A stretch of 64,000 bases of DNA from Chiloscyllium plagiosum (taxonomy: Eukaryota). Position 1 is the first letter of the stretch. Each line of letters starts with the position of its first letter. This document shows, piece by piece, positions 24,120-37,669 of the stretch. Position numbers and translations under genes: made by a program. Under the pieces are notes generated by a model. It was not told where the DNA came from and did no database searches. It saw nothing but the letters and a program-made list of their open reading frames with translations. The stretch lies in contig NC_057756.1 in assembly GCF_004010195.1 (NCBI RefSeq), forward strand, positions 3,081,824 through 3,145,823. Direction: 5' to 3'.

Positions 24120-25280
24120 TAAAGGCTCTTCTCTTCCCTGTAAGACGGTGGCCACATTCCATACCGTATCTGACAGCAGGCACATCTTCTACACGTCCCC
24201 TCTCTCCAGACCTAACAGTGTACTGTGACTTTCAAATTGATCCTACCCCTTCATTGTTTCAAAACTCCAACATGGACAGACCACCCAAAGACCTTTACTG
24301 TATTTCATATAACAAATCTTTTATCTTCATGATCCATGGCCAGGACATTCTCCCATAGATGGGATCTAAAACTGTTGGCTCCAGCATTCTAGAGGACGGT
24401 CTGATCAGAATCATATAAAGCCACAACAGTACTCCTGCGCCCAATCGAAAAGTAAGATAATATTTCGTTCGCCATCCTAACTGCCAAGTGAACGTGCATG
24501 TTTACGTTAAGCAAGTGCAGAGTGAGAACTCCAAAGTGCCTTTGTGCGTCAAATGTCAGACGACTTCCTTCGTTCAGAAATTAGTCTGTGTCTCTGTTCT
24601 ATCAACAACAACTTCATAACTGCTATATTCCATCTTGCATTTCATCTGGAACTTCGGTGCCAATCTTCTCGCCTGTCCGAGTACCTCTGTAGCGTCCCGT
24701 TTCGTCAACACGACGTGAACCCCACACACCTTTGCTCCTTCTGCACATCTTAACTCAATGCACTCAGTTCTTCACCAAGATCGTTAATGTGTGACGTAAA
24801 TCGTTGTGTGGAAAGAATTGACTTCCGCAGAAATTCACAAGTTATCTCTTGCCATTCTGAAAATTCGGCATGTCTCCATATTCTCGGCCTTCAGCGAATC
24901 ATCCAGTCTTCTGGACAAGATATGAACCCGCACATCTTATCTAATTTAGCTCCCCTTTGTCCGGCACTTTGACAAATACCTTCTGAAAATCCATATTGAC
25001 CAAGTGCACACACGCTCCGTTGTCTAGGTTTTTCATTACCTCCTTAAATAACTCTAACACATTTAACAGCCATGACCTGTCATTGACGAAGTCATGCTAA
25101 CACATCCGTATTTTACCATACATTTCTAAGTACTCTTTCTTCTCATTCTGAAAATGCACTCTTACAAAACACTGTGGTCAATGTGATCGGGCTGTAGTAT
25201 GCAATCTTCTGCCTCTCTCCTTTCTTAGCAAGGGAGCCAATTCAGCAACTTCCAGCCCTCTGGGCCATTGGAAAAGCAGG
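24120..25280 (-). mobile_element. Old CR1-type LINE fragment
   Basis: Reverse CR1 RT-region sequence (ccttctgaaaatccatatt..., catgacctgtcattgacgaagtcatgct). Confidence 0.65.
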
Positions 25281-25532
25281 GTGATGTGAATAGGATGGTG
25301 CTATGTGAATAGCGTTTTATGTAGTTCGATATGGAACTCACTGGGTTGAATGGCTGCTTCCAAACTACAGAAATGCTATATTCAACGATTCGTTCTCTGA
25401 TTGTATGATCCTCTCTGGCTACAGTGATTGCTGAATGATCACCAACAATAGAGCTACACTCGTGGTAACTATCACCATCAGAAATCTGGGTGCTGTTTCC
25501 CTGATCGGTTAATCTATACACCTTTAAAAATT

Positions 25533-26030
25533 GTTGTGGTTCTGTTCACCGAGCTGGGAATTTGTGTTGCAGACGTTTCACCCCCTGTCTAGGTGGCATC
25601 CTCAGTGCTTGGGAGCCTCCTGTGAAGCGCTTTTACTCCGGCATTTATAGTGGTTTGTCTCTGCCGCTTCTGGTTGACAGTTCCAGCTGTCCACTGCAGT
25701 GGCCGGTATATTAGGTTCAGGTCGATGTGTTTGTTGATAGAATCTGTGGATGAGTGCCATGCCTCTAGGAATTCCCTGGCTGTTCTCTGTTTGGCTTGTC
25801 CTATAATAGTAGTGTTGTCCCAGTTGAACTCATGTTGCTTGTCATCCGCGTGTGTGGCTACTAAGAATAGCTGGTCTTGTCGTTTCGTGGCTAGTTGGTG
25901 TTAATGGATACAGATCGTTAGCTCTCTTCCTATTTGTCCTGAGTAGTGTTGTGTGCAGTCCTTGCATGGGAGTTTGTACACTACGTTGGTTTTTCTCATG
26001 CTGGGTATCGGGTCCTTTGTCCTGGTGAAT
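25533..26030 (-). mobile_element. Penelope-like element 3' fragment (same family as 20.6-21.6 kb)
   Basis: Clear nucleotide similarity to 20635-21125. Hammerhead motif GCA-CTGAGGA...GAAACGTC-TGC on the - strand. Confidence 0.9.
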
Positions 26031-26099
26031 TTAGACATTCAAGCTGTGCAAGCACACTACATGGACTGAGGCTACCAAAGGCAAGTTTGTCCACTAATT

Positions 26100-27340
26100 C
26101 TCGTCAAGTTCGTGTATGCTGGTGGTCTCTGTCATTCAGAACTCTACTGAAAAAAACGCATTAAATTCCTTTTTGTTTCTTTGAGCCTTGTTTTAACTTT
26201 CCCAACCTTAATTCCCAGCGTCATGCTCCTGACTTAATTTTTCGAAACCTTAATATTAAAAAAAAACACTTCAACAATTTCTGTCATGTATATTACTGGC
26301 TAGCTTGCTGTGATTTTTCATTGTCTTCCACTTTTCGTGCCCTCTTTCTTTGAAGGCTTCCTAATATTTGTTTTCACAATTAATCTCTACGACATTTGTT
26401 TTTGCATTTATGGTTTACATGACATCCCATTAACCCATGCTTTCCTCATTATCCCGTTTACATTTTCTTCTTTATGGGAGGGAAATTTATGAGCTGCTGC
26501 CAGAATTACCACTAAGCCACCTGCTATTGCTGTCCCACTACCTTCCCTGCCAGGTTCCAATCCAATCAACTGTAGGCAGCTCATTCTTACTTTATTATAC
26601 TTGCCATTACTCAATTATAATACAGTCCAACAAGTTTCCAGTTTCACATCTCAAACTGCAAGGCGAACCATCGTCACTGCTGAGGAATCTTTCTTTTACA
26701 CTTAACTCTGTAATTAAGGCTGCCTAATTACACATCTACAAATACATAAATATCTAGCCCCCAGTGGGTTCTACCAGAAGTTGGTCAATTGAAAAAAAAA
26801 ACTAATATGTATTACACGATTTGTTTTCTTCAAGTCTGCTTCGAAACTGATTTTTTTTAGGTATATCTGGATATTGAAGTTTCCAATACTTTTTTAAAAA
26901 TTATGCCTTTCTTTCATTTGTTTCTGATCTGCTGATTTATTTTGTTCCCTGTATCCTGGCTACATCTAAGATGTAGCATCTCTCATATGATTCTTTTATA
27001 TTTTGTGGTTCCTCAACTCTACCCATGCAGATTCTCTGCCTTTTGTTCTTGTTATCAATTTTTTTGACTTTTTGCTGACCTGACATCACGTCATCACCCC
27101 CGCTGCTCACACTCCTGTCCTATCAAGAGGAAGTCTGCTTATATATTTAGTTAGCTGCCTTGAATCCGGCACAACCACATCTCCGTGATTTCCACAACAT
27201 CTTTCAAGACAATTTCAAACAGCAATGGAATTAATTTATCTTATTGCATAAACTGCATGCATTACAGCATTCCATCCTGTGTTGACTGGCCACTTCTCAT
27301 CGCAGTTCTCCTAATTGTTTCGCATCGAATCAGATTCATG
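26100..27340 (-). mobile_element. Old CR1-type LINE endonuclease-region fragments
   Basis: Degenerate similarity to 30.6-31.8 kb and 1.0-1.8 kb. Confidence 0.5.
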
Positions 27341-27377
27341 ATTATTTTCATATTCTCTGAACTTTTACTTGTTCCAG

Positions 27378-27576
27378 AAAATTTAATATATTCAATGAAT
27401 GTCTATACAATTTCTATGTCGGAGAAATTTGCCCAGTAGGTTAGAGATCACGAAACACACCTCGAAGTGAAATTGACAGTTTATTGCAAGCGATATCGCT
27501 GGGAGGAGAAAACAGACTAGCTGACACAGAACTTGGAGTCTGCATAGAGAATTTGATTTCTCCTCCTCAGAGCTGA
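27378..27576 (+). pseudogene. ALS2-like terminal VPS9 exon
   Basis: Acceptor gttccag, phase 2. VGEICPV..RSEI..GENRLADTELGVCIENL vs ALS2 MDDLFPV..GSEV..GEQGIMFTTLKACYYQI. The stop falls at an equivalent position. Confidence 0.7.
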
Positions 27577-29629
27577 GGATTAGACCAGCTTTATGGTAAT
27601 GCTGCACAATGACACTGATTAAGATTTACGAAAATGTTTCTGAAAATGGAGAAACTTTGTTGAAAGAGTGCTAATTGGAAAACAGTTTATCGGATGAATG
27701 TCTTGTTCCTTCACACAATGCAACATCCAGGCAGTATCATGGTTCCATTCATCTTCCCAGGTAGGTGTTAAAGTCTTTTCTGGACTGGTGAGCTGCTTAC
27801 ATTGTCCTGTGGTGTCAGTCTATCTGTCCTAAACTTTGTGTGGCGCTGCTACTGCTGGGTTGTGAAACTGCCCTTAAGGCTTTGAGCCTCTGTCATGTCC
27901 ACCGGAGCATGAAACCGTAATCCATTGTCTGCGTATCATCTGACCCTGCTCGGGAATTCTGGGTGTCCTGGTACAATTTGGTCAATTTGCTTTTGTGGGC
28001 CTATCGTGGGTTAGTAAATCTTTTCCTACACGTATGCATACCTCACTTCAACGATCTTGAATTTAAAACCTTACCCAAAACCGTGTTACCCATTTCACTA
28101 GGTCTCTGCTCCCAGCATAATGTAGGTAGATCCATCCTCATATGTATAGCTTCGTCTACCTCAATAGTAATGCAAAGTCCCTGGCGTTCGAACTTCTCTC
28201 TCCCATAAAAAAAACGTTTCGCCAGATGTTCACATCTTTAGTTTACAGATCATTTCCAAATTTGTTTGTGACTCTTCTAGCAAGTCCGGATATTGGAGTT
28301 TTTTGGGGATCAAAAGATTGTTTCCAAACTGTATCTATTTAAATCTATGAGACAATCTTATTCAAATATGAGCTTGACAAATTTCAAAAGAAAGAAATAG
28401 CAATTTGAATGAAGAAATTCAGTGGTAGAACATTAGGAATGGTGTCAATCTTTTCCTGAACAATTCAACGATTAGATTTTTAAATTATGACCACTGAGTC
28501 ATTAAAATAATTTGCCACAGAGCTATGGTCTAATCGAAATTAATTAATCGGAGACAATTAATGCATTATTTCTCCAAAAGAAAATAAGATGCTTGACAGA
28601 AAGTGACCATCAAGCAAAGAAGCAATGATGAAGACAATTACCTTCAATCATTTTCAGTGGCAGTCCATGATCTGATTGTCTTTTTCTTTAACTTCTTCCA
28701 GGTTCTGATTTTTCTAAATCTTAAGTTGCACGAGCATGCCAAACCGATGACACAAATGCTTGTGAACAATAATTATGCTTGATAGGTTTCATTTTAGTAC
28801 ACAAAGGGCTGAGATTAGATCTAAAATATAAAGGTTAAACAAAATCACTGACTTATAGAATGTTCTATAATTTATTGGGAATTGTTGAACATTAATTACG
28901 TACACTTGAGCTGTCGGCACAAAAGAAATGTTAGAAAAGTTTCGCGATTACAACCGTACTGACTTTCGTCTGTGAAGCTGTAACTATTTGCTTTCTTCGA
29001 AGAAACAATGTTTCATCAGAAGTCATTTTATTGTTAAGGAACTGTTATGGAACTGTAACTGGAAGTTATTTTATGTGTCATCAATTGCAGAAATCACAAT
29101 GCTAAAATATCTTTGATATGCAATATAAACCCTCCGTATATATTTCCACTTATCTTCTAAACCTGTGCTGTTCGATTTCACTTCCACATATTCTCAAAAT
29201 ATGTGAACTCTGCTGGATTGTAGGGCACGATCATAAAGCACCCACCTGTTCTCTCTATTCATCTGCTCAGTCTTCACCGAATAAATTTCACAGTATTATG
29301 AGCACTTCTTAAATGATAATTTTTCTTACTCCCTTCATTTTCATACGACTATAATCAGGCTTTAGATTCAACATAAAGTTTAATGACCTGGAGGTTGTCT
29401 AAGATTATTTGCCAAGATTTAACTCTTTCAAATGTTCCACTCTTTCATCAAATTGGACTCTTTGCAGCATTTACTTTTGGAGAGAAATGTATCATGAATC
29501 ACAATGTTTGGATGATATAATAGCTGGTCATCAGAGAGATGCAAGTTTAATTTATCTACTGTCCCGATTCGAAATCTGTTTCTTTATATACTGCACTAAT
29601 GCCATTTTGAAAATACCGCAACACCATAA

Positions 29630-31860
29630 GACAGAGAGTAGCACGTAAACAATTCGGCCCATGGAATCTGTTCAATCATTCGATCGTGGCTGACACTGTT
29701 TCAAACCTATTTACTCGCTTTCTTCCACGAATCTTTGTTCCCATTGACAATCAATAACGTATCCATTTCTGTTTTAAATATACACAGTGTCCCGCTTTTC
29801 ACACCCTTCTATGGTAATGAATTTCAAAGTTTCACAGTCTCTGCCCGATAACGTTTCTCCTTATATCTGTTCTAAAAGGCCTGCCTTTTATCTCTGGCTG
29901 TGCCCTCCCGTAACCTTCTTTCCTGACAATGGAAACATCCTCCCAATGTCCACTTAGTCCAGCCCGCACAATACTCTGTACCTTTAAATCAAATTACCCA
30001 TCATCCTTCTCTACTCCGTCGAGTACAATGTCACAGTACTCAGACTTTCCGTTTCAGTTCAGATTTTCATTCCTGCAATAATTCTTGTGAGCCACTTCTT
30101 GATCTGCTCTCTGTCCAATGCATTCTTCCTGAGGTGCGTCGCGTACAATTCCTCACTTTACTTTAAATGTGCACTGAGCAGAGCCTTGTAAAGTCTCAGA
30201 AGTATATTACTCCATTTACTTGTTGGTTCTTTTGGGATTAAGACACTATTTTATTTGCCTTCTTAACTCCAACTCAACCAGAAAGATTACCTTAAGTCAA
30301 ACCTGGACCAGGACTAACAAGGCTGTTGCACTTGAGAATGTTGTATTCTCTCCACGTTTTGAAGAATGGTCTTGCCTCTAGTTTCCTCATCTTCATCCCC
30401 ACCTTCATCCACGTACGACACTCTTAGGTACCTTCTCCACAGCACCACACCCCTCCCATTCATCTCTCCACCCCGTAAGCTCCCAGCCTCATTCCTATTG
30501 AAAAGGGCTCCTCCGTAAACGACTATTTTCCTGCTCCTCAGATGCTGCCTGACTTGCTGTGCTTTTCCAGCACAGTAATCTGTAATCTACCCTGATCCCA
30601 ATGATACCTGAAAAATTACTAATAACGTCTTCACTATCTGTTCAGTTATCTCCATCGGAGCTCTCGGGTGCATGCCTTGTTGGACAAATGTTTTCTCCAC
30701 TTCTGAAACTTTTTCTAGTATATACTCCTTCACAACAGTATTCATCTCTGCCTCCGTCTCTCTTCAATTTTTCGGATATTACTCATGTCTTCCATCATGA
30801 AGACTGAACAAAATGTTTATTAAGTTCCACTGCCATTTCTTTGCTCCACATTGCAACTTCACTAGCATGATTTTCCAGTTGCCCAATGCCAACTCCGATT
30901 GCTCTTTTGCCCTTAATGAAACCGTTGAAAGACTTGAAACCTTTCCAGCGAGCTTACACTGACATTTAATCTTCTCTCTCCTCTTTTTCTTTCTTCCTTG
31001 TCCTCTTTATATCTATGTAGGCCCACGGTCGTTAGCCACATTAAACGTTATCTGATTTGATTTTATGCTTCACTAATTTCTCCAATCATGCTATGGTTGC
31101 CTCATCCTCCTTTTCCTCTGTTTCATTTTCCATGTGATGAATCTCTACTGTGTCTCCGGATTACTCCCAGAAACGCCAGTCATTCCTTCTCACTGTATTT
31201 CCTGCTATGCTCCTCTGGAAGTCAATTCTGGTCAGCTCCTGCTTCATGTCTCTGTAGTTGTCTTCATTCGAATCTAATACTGCTACATCTTATTTCACCA
31301 CATCACTCGCAAATAGTAGAATAAACTCTGTCATATTATGATCACTTCTTTCTAAGGATTTCATCGACTTAAGATTCCATATCAAGTCTGCATCATTGCA
31401 CAACACTCAATAAAGAATTGCCTGCTACTTACTGTGCACCACCACGAACCACTCCAAAACATCCATCTCCTAGGCATTCCACAAATTCCTTATCTTCACT
31501 GCCAAACTGACTGCCCAAGCCTACCCGGATTTTGAAAAACCCCATGAGCATTGCAATCTTGCCTTTCTTATGCACTTTGTCTATTTCTCGGTGTAACCTA
31601 TGCCCAAATTCTGCGTGGTACTTGAATCCCTATCGGCAGCTCCCATTATGCTGCATTTTAATTTCTTGGTTCCTCAACTCTACTCACACAGTTTCTACAT
31701 CATCTAACCCGACGCCACTTATTGGCGCCGATTTCATTTTATTTTTAATTGCAAGGCAACAACAATCCGCTTGCCTGTCTTTTCAATAGAATGCATGTTC
31801 TTGGATATTTAGCTGCCAGACGGATCGCTCTGCACCCATGTCTCCATGATGTTCACATCA
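29630..31860 (-). mobile_element. CR1-type LINE remnants with a nested PLE-end fragment (~30390-30590)
   Basis: Reverse CR1 tail at 29630 similar to 9060-9900, plus the PLE terminal sequence gatgctgcctgacttgctgtgcttttccagcac. Confidence 0.7.
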
Positions 31861-32428
31861 TACCTCAGAGGACAGATTCAGTTCATAGTAAATTATTATC
31901 TGAAAGTTAGAAGCTCTAAACTGTGACACATGGTAAAATCATTATTTCTCCTTAAGTTTTCTTTTCGTATTTATGAGCAAAAAGACGTAATCAGAAATGA
32001 TAATTTGCTATATCACGGGGAAGCTGACATATTGGTATGTCATGGGTTTACAACATTTACTTACTGATTATTGTCAAGTTTATTATAAATACATTATGAA
32101 AATCCAAATGAGGGAAGCATTTTTTTTAAGAAAAAAGAGATGCCTGTTTCCATAATAAATCAGGAATCCATTACCTACGTTTTGCGTTCCTTCAGCTGTA
32201 TAAATTCCTCAACCGTTTGTGAGTGTAGTTTGTGTTCAATTGCTTTGTTCTAGATTTGGATTTATATTCATGTTGCACAGCGAAAATATGTCTGCTTCCA
32301 TCACTTAGGGGATGTCAGTGTTTTGTTTAATCATAATTCAGGTCATCCAATACCCGTTTCTGTTTGCTACTTCGAAATTAGATTTGAATTCGAGGTTTTC
32401 GCTCATAATAATTGATGTTCTCCAAAGA

Positions 32429-32509
32429 TTACACTGGCACACTGGACTTTTCCAGCAAGAAAAACAGTTGTTTATCACCACTGCCAGATTAACAAGGGAT
32501 TATTACAGT
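32429..32509 (-). pseudogene. GREB1-like terminal coding exon
   Basis: Acceptor gcattcag. TVIIPC*SGSGDKQLFFLLEKSSVPV* vs GREB1 LCVIC...EDRPLFFLTGRHI*. Confidence 0.65.
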
Positions 32510-33655
32510 CTGAATGCAAGTAGTTAGAAAATGCTATATACAAACGCATGTTGCTCTGTGAATGGACTCGTGTTCTCATTATATGTCCTTATTTAAGATT
32601 GATGAAATATCGTGATTTTTTTTTTACAGAAAACGAACTAAATCGTTCTGTGAATTGTAAGTCATTCCAATATGTTTCCGTGATGTGAGTTTGTTTAGTT
32701 CATTTGTCTGAATAAGCAGCATGCGAAGCAGTACGATATTGTCAGTGCACGATGAAATCCCATCACGAGCTAAAGTTAACATGAAAAACTTATCTTCTCA
32801 ACCTCGAAACCTCGCTTGAGATATGGTGGCCCTCACGTTCAATGATCACTAATCAGCTCCTTCTGCTTAGACCACCACTCCAGTATGATAAGACTTTGCT
32901 CACTTATGCACTTTCCTGTGATAACAAATCATGATCTAATACAAAAATGTATATAGGACTAATTTTACAACAAATTGGAAGATAATTGGGCAATATTCAC
33001 TATGCACAGATCAAACTTTGTTGAGAAGAAACAAAGGTAAGCAAACCTATGATTTTCTGTCCCTAAGTACAGCATTTTAGATCCATAGGTTTTTTTTAAG
33101 AAGCATTGAACGTCTGATTACTGTGTCTCTTCAGGCACTGGATTCTAAAATGTCGAATTGTAAATTATATAAGTACAGAAAAGTCCGATGATGGCACCGT
33201 GAAGCGACATACTACAACGTAAAACAAGCAACATTCAATGAATTTATTATGCAATATATGTGAACGCGAAGTGTGCAGAATCATATAATGCCTGATCACA
33301 CATTATTGCTTCCACAAATTCATTCGACAGTTATGATTGATTTATCCGTATAGCCATATATGTCTGGGCATGAGCATGTGTCTGGTTCGGCAGTCTGCTC
33401 CTTCAAAATAAAAAAATGCGCATTTATATTTAGATACTTTTATTATGGTCGAAATTATTTTTTTTAATCGTAAAATTTTGAATATGCAGATGTTTTACTT
33501 CCTTTCTACTTACCACATTATTTAAAACAAAAATACCATCACCAATATAAGTTACTGACGATATTGGAAGAAACTCTGCTAAAACTGTAAGAATTCATTT
33601 AGCTGCAAATATGATGCAAAATGGACATGCATTCTGTTTAAAGCAGCTTACTTAC

Positions 33656-33831
33656 CAATAATGCATTTTGTTGACTGTCTTTCGTTAACACCTTCTGATA
33701 AAACTCTCTCTCTGTTAGTGAAAGACTGAATGGATATAAATCCAATGTCAAAGTGCTAGAAAGATAACCATCAGAACCATGAATTTCAGTTGAACAATAA
33801 GAATACGTCATTCTGATCTTCCCAGCATTAT
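33656..33831 (-). pseudogene. GREB1-like exon
   Basis: Open frame NAGKIRMTYSYCS..TLTLDLYPFSL..NALL (GREB1 NLGSQISVCYVSS..GLLLYLCDSF..GATL). Donor gtaagt; the acceptor reads TCG instead of TAG. Confidence 0.65.
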
Positions 33832-34459
33832 CGACAGAGAGATTGAACATAAATAGCATTCACGTAACAAAGCTAAAAAAAACGAAAACGTGAAGCTGAA
33901 AACGTAGGCCATTGTGAGTGATCTTCCTATAGTTTCACATGCGTTCCATACCTGAATAACGTGAATCAAATCGTTTTCCATGTCATAATTTTATAATATT
34001 CATTTGATGTTAAAGCATTCAATCATTTCGTATGAAATTATGCCAGTATAGGACCCTTCTTTCTCAGGAAACTTGTTGATGAGTCAAGTTAAATCATGCA
34101 ATTCATGTGTGCAAAGTAGCAATATTGGATTCATTTTACTTCATGTCCATGGTAGTTTGAAGTAAATAAAGTTATTATTTTTTGAAATGGAATACATTTT
34201 ATTTACATTCAAAAAAGAGAAACATCGTCTTTAAAGCATTACAACCTCTGATCTGTGACTTAACTAATTTGCAGTCTCATAAGTCTAAATGCATATATTC
34301 GCATGATTATGATATGCCTATGTGGCCGAAAATCCTTTTTATGACTACCAATAATCACATGGACTTTTGCATTGTCGGCCAGCTCCAATAACCTGAGTCT
34401 GTTCTGCTGTGGTCACACTGGTCACTGTTTAAATCGGCATCAGGTGAAATTCATCTTAC

Positions 34460-34667
34460 CGTGCTTTACAGCAATATTACATCATCGTGAATTGTGACTC
34501 ATTTTGGAACGTCCTATTTTCATCCCGCCCCAATGATACCTGCATGGAATGCCTAACTTGCTTGTCAACTAAGACAATCATGCTGCTCACATTCTCTTGC
34601 ATTCCAATATAGACACGCTGTCAATGTTTCTGGTTAGTTCCAAATTTCGGGTAGAACTCAAAATTCT
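34460..34667 (-). pseudogene. GREB1-like exon
   Basis: Acceptor ccttgcag, donor gtaaga. IVLVDKQVRHS (GREB1 LLLEKFLQHH); contains stops. Confidence 0.5.
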
Positions 34668-35486
34668 CTGCAAGGCACACATTAATTGGGCTCCCTTTTT
34701 GAATATAACGCCACGACAACTTTATACAGAAATGATAAAATAAAGTTTGCCTCCAACATGCTTTAATCCAGCAGCATAACTGCGCATATCTATTATTTTT
34801 GCACAATTTAATTCTGAGCATTGCATTTTTACACCTAATGTCTAACATTGGGACGTATCTGAGTGTTATAAAACACTCAATCATACGTCCACCACCGATT
34901 TGACTGACGACTTTTTTTAACCCTATCTTCCCTGCAATTAAATTGTTATTGCCAATTTGTTAGTATGTAAGCACCTGTATTGAAAATTGTGTTGCTATTA
35001 AAATAGCCTGCAATGTGTATCACTAAAATCCACAAGATATACATCAGATTCTGAGAGCAATTCTGTGCACTAATTTTGAGGAAGAAATGTAGTGCAATTC
35101 AATCTCTTTCACGTTTCAGAGCTGGAAGAAACTTTGGAGAAACTGTGTAAGACATGAATATTCAAAACTTCTAATAGAAGCAAACAATTATTCAAATTAT
35201 TTTAGAATCAGCAATTATACTGCGCAAAATACTGCTTCCATTTTGCAGAGCCAGGTGAAATGCACATTTACTTTTCGTGGTCAATATCATGTACAGCTAA
35301 TCAAAGCATTCCTTGCAGATTAGTAACATTGTCAGAACGCGCGTGAAATTGCACGGAATTGCTTAGCTTTCCAAAGCAGAGTACATGGGCATAATTGAAG
35401 AACGATTGTGCTATCTTAATGAAAAGTGTATGATCATTTTTCTTCCGCAGTTATTGGAGCGGAAATACGAATGAAGACTCACTCAC

Positions 35487-35690
35487 ATAACACCTGTCTT
35501 TGTCTACAGTTGGCATGCAATTTTGTATGAAATGAAGAAAACATCTCCTCAACGCCCCCTTCATTTAAGATTTTTTTTTTTGGAAATACTTGAATAATTA
35601 TGAGACATGCCACGAGAAATCAGGATTGATATCTTTCGAGACCAACTCTTAGAAACATTGTTTTTCGGACAATATTGACAAGTGACTACT
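35487..35690 (-). pseudogene. GREB1-like exon
   Basis: Acceptor acattcag, donor gtgagt. CQY...SISKKK/ILNEGG...SSFHTK (GREB1 VQY...SVMKKQIVVGG..RSFHITSK); +1 frameshift in an A11 run. Confidence 0.65.
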
Positions 35691-37049
35691 CTGAATGTAA
35701 AGGAACATCGATTGTCACATTCTAGAAGAGCAATTAGTTCACTTATATTGAAAATTTGCACTGTAAATGAATAAGTATATCGAACAGGTGGGAAATTATT
35801 TGGAAGCTTTTCAAACGTGATGCCGTGTGGTTCATCTGCTAGATCACAGCTTATGATAATGAAATTGTACTTTAGACAGAGCTTGTCTTATCATAAAAGA
35901 GAGGCTGCTGGTTGATCAGTGTAACATATTGTGCATTTTTTTGTTTATTTTAGAACACCACAGCTATGTTTGAAAAATAATCATTCAATTAAACGATTCA
36001 TTACTGGTGGACTGGCACGCATATGGGCAAGAATTAGATAGCTTTAGCGTCTGTAGAGGGGAGCGAGAGAGATAGAGTGATAAATAAATTAGTGTCTCGG
36101 CTTTTACTACATTAAAACAGGAATGAATTCTGTCACCCTGAGCATGATGCATTATTTTCAACATTTTGTTTTGAAAACGTTTTGGACATTATTATTTCTC
36201 AAGTTTTTCATCGTTTCAATTCAGTCTTGTGGCCGTTCATGGAAAATGTGAATAAAACATTTGGACATAACACAATATTGAAATTTGAATGTTCATAGCG
36301 ATAAATTGCAACCTATAAGCAGGGTCATAAAAAGCACGCTGAAATCCTTCCAAATCTATGATTAAAGCGGTCTTTAGTAACGTCCATGAGTAGTTAACAA
36401 GGTTACTGTGAATGACATTTTATGAGGTAAAACCTATTTTATTGTTTGAAATACTTGTTAGATGAAACTGAATAAGAATATATCTTGAAAGCATTTTTAA
36501 TAAATGCAGGCACTCATATGTTTACAAAGTCACTCGATCTCCTTCTTAGCACAATGTTACATGACCTGACAATGCCCGGAGTATTCATTCATTACGTCAA
36601 ATAATTCATACTCCCATTCCAGAATATTTCTAAAAAACATGGAAAATATATTTTTAAAAAATGCTATTCTGCAAACGGTTAAATACTGCAACCAATTGTG
36701 AAACTATTCTGTATATTATTGAACTTTAACAAAGTTAAACATTTATGTGCAGCTTACAGTGTCCTCGAAAAGGAAAAAGGTAAATGCTTTAGATCGAATT
36801 AACAGTAATGGAATACCTATGAAATATTTGTAATGACATTCCAAACAATGATCTATTGTGTAGCAGATTTAACGCATAGAAATTTTATTAACTCTGCCAA
36901 AACTGTCGAAGTGTTAATTAACTTCAGGAAGATGAAACAATATACAGTCTTAAGTCGAATCAAAAGATAAAGCCCGGATCTGAAATCAAAATGCAAGAAC
37001 TCCTCCTGACCATTGTGATTATTGGAAGAAAAATAAATTACTTCGAATG

Positions 37050-37310
37050 ATAGAAACCCTCGAAATTAGAAAGAGGCTATTTGGCCTATTGAGGCTGCAT
37101 GGCCCAGTGACTCCATATAAACTATAGGCAACTTAAGATAGCCAATCCATGTAATCTGAACATTTTTGGATAGTGGGAGGAAACCGGAGTATACAGAGGA
37201 AACTCACCCAAATAAAGAGGAAATGTACAGACTCCACACAGAAAAATACTCGAGACTGGCAACGAACGTGTGTCCCTTTATTATGGCAGCGTTGATAACC
37301 ACGTGGCACA
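37050..37310 (-). mobile_element. V-SINE/HE1-type SINE
   Basis: gccaatccatgtaatctgaacatttttggatagtgggaggaaaccggag...actccacaca. Confidence 0.7.
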
Positions 37311-37669
37311 ATTAATTTAGAATTTGAAATGACATAATAATACCCAACCCAGGTCTGTGGCTTTGCACTGTAAATGTGAGCCGTGCAAGAAGTCCCTGAA
37401 GATTAAATGTTGTAGCTGTTCTCCAAGGAATTAACAAACACTTTGACGATTTCACAGAGAATTTTATCTTTATTAAAAATAGTCAAAATTAACCATCACT
37501 AACAAAAATTTTGTAATGTGCAAGATACATGAGTAAATAAATGCTCAGGCCAAATTAATCTGTTAAGTAGGTAATCGAATATGTGAGGAACGGTTTAAAA
37601 ATGCACTTTTTCCAACTCAGTTAATCGAAACTGTACCCTCCAAAATGAATTACACAGAACAATACCTCA

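Larger units (their letters stand above)
8930..27576 (+). pseudogene. ALS2-like: Alsin (ALS2)-like unprocessed pseudogene: RCC1-like, DH, PH, MORN and VPS9 remnants
   Basis: About 12 exon remnants with AG/GT boundaries whose translations match human ALS2 collinearly (IWAW; LFCSKG..KGSY; IRRLKN; PPI....Y.F; HWRSDKMCCQ; GRL...LVRVFRSTF...LRTLLPQL; GE.....T.L..C). Many stops, frameshifts and intra-exonic TE insertions. Confidence 0.85.

Noticed and set aside
32180..33831. Resemblance of exons to CatSper auxiliary subunits (GY..TLTL..Y; YD...HPL)
   Set aside because: These are isolated matches only; the collinear series of exons fits GREB1 far better.
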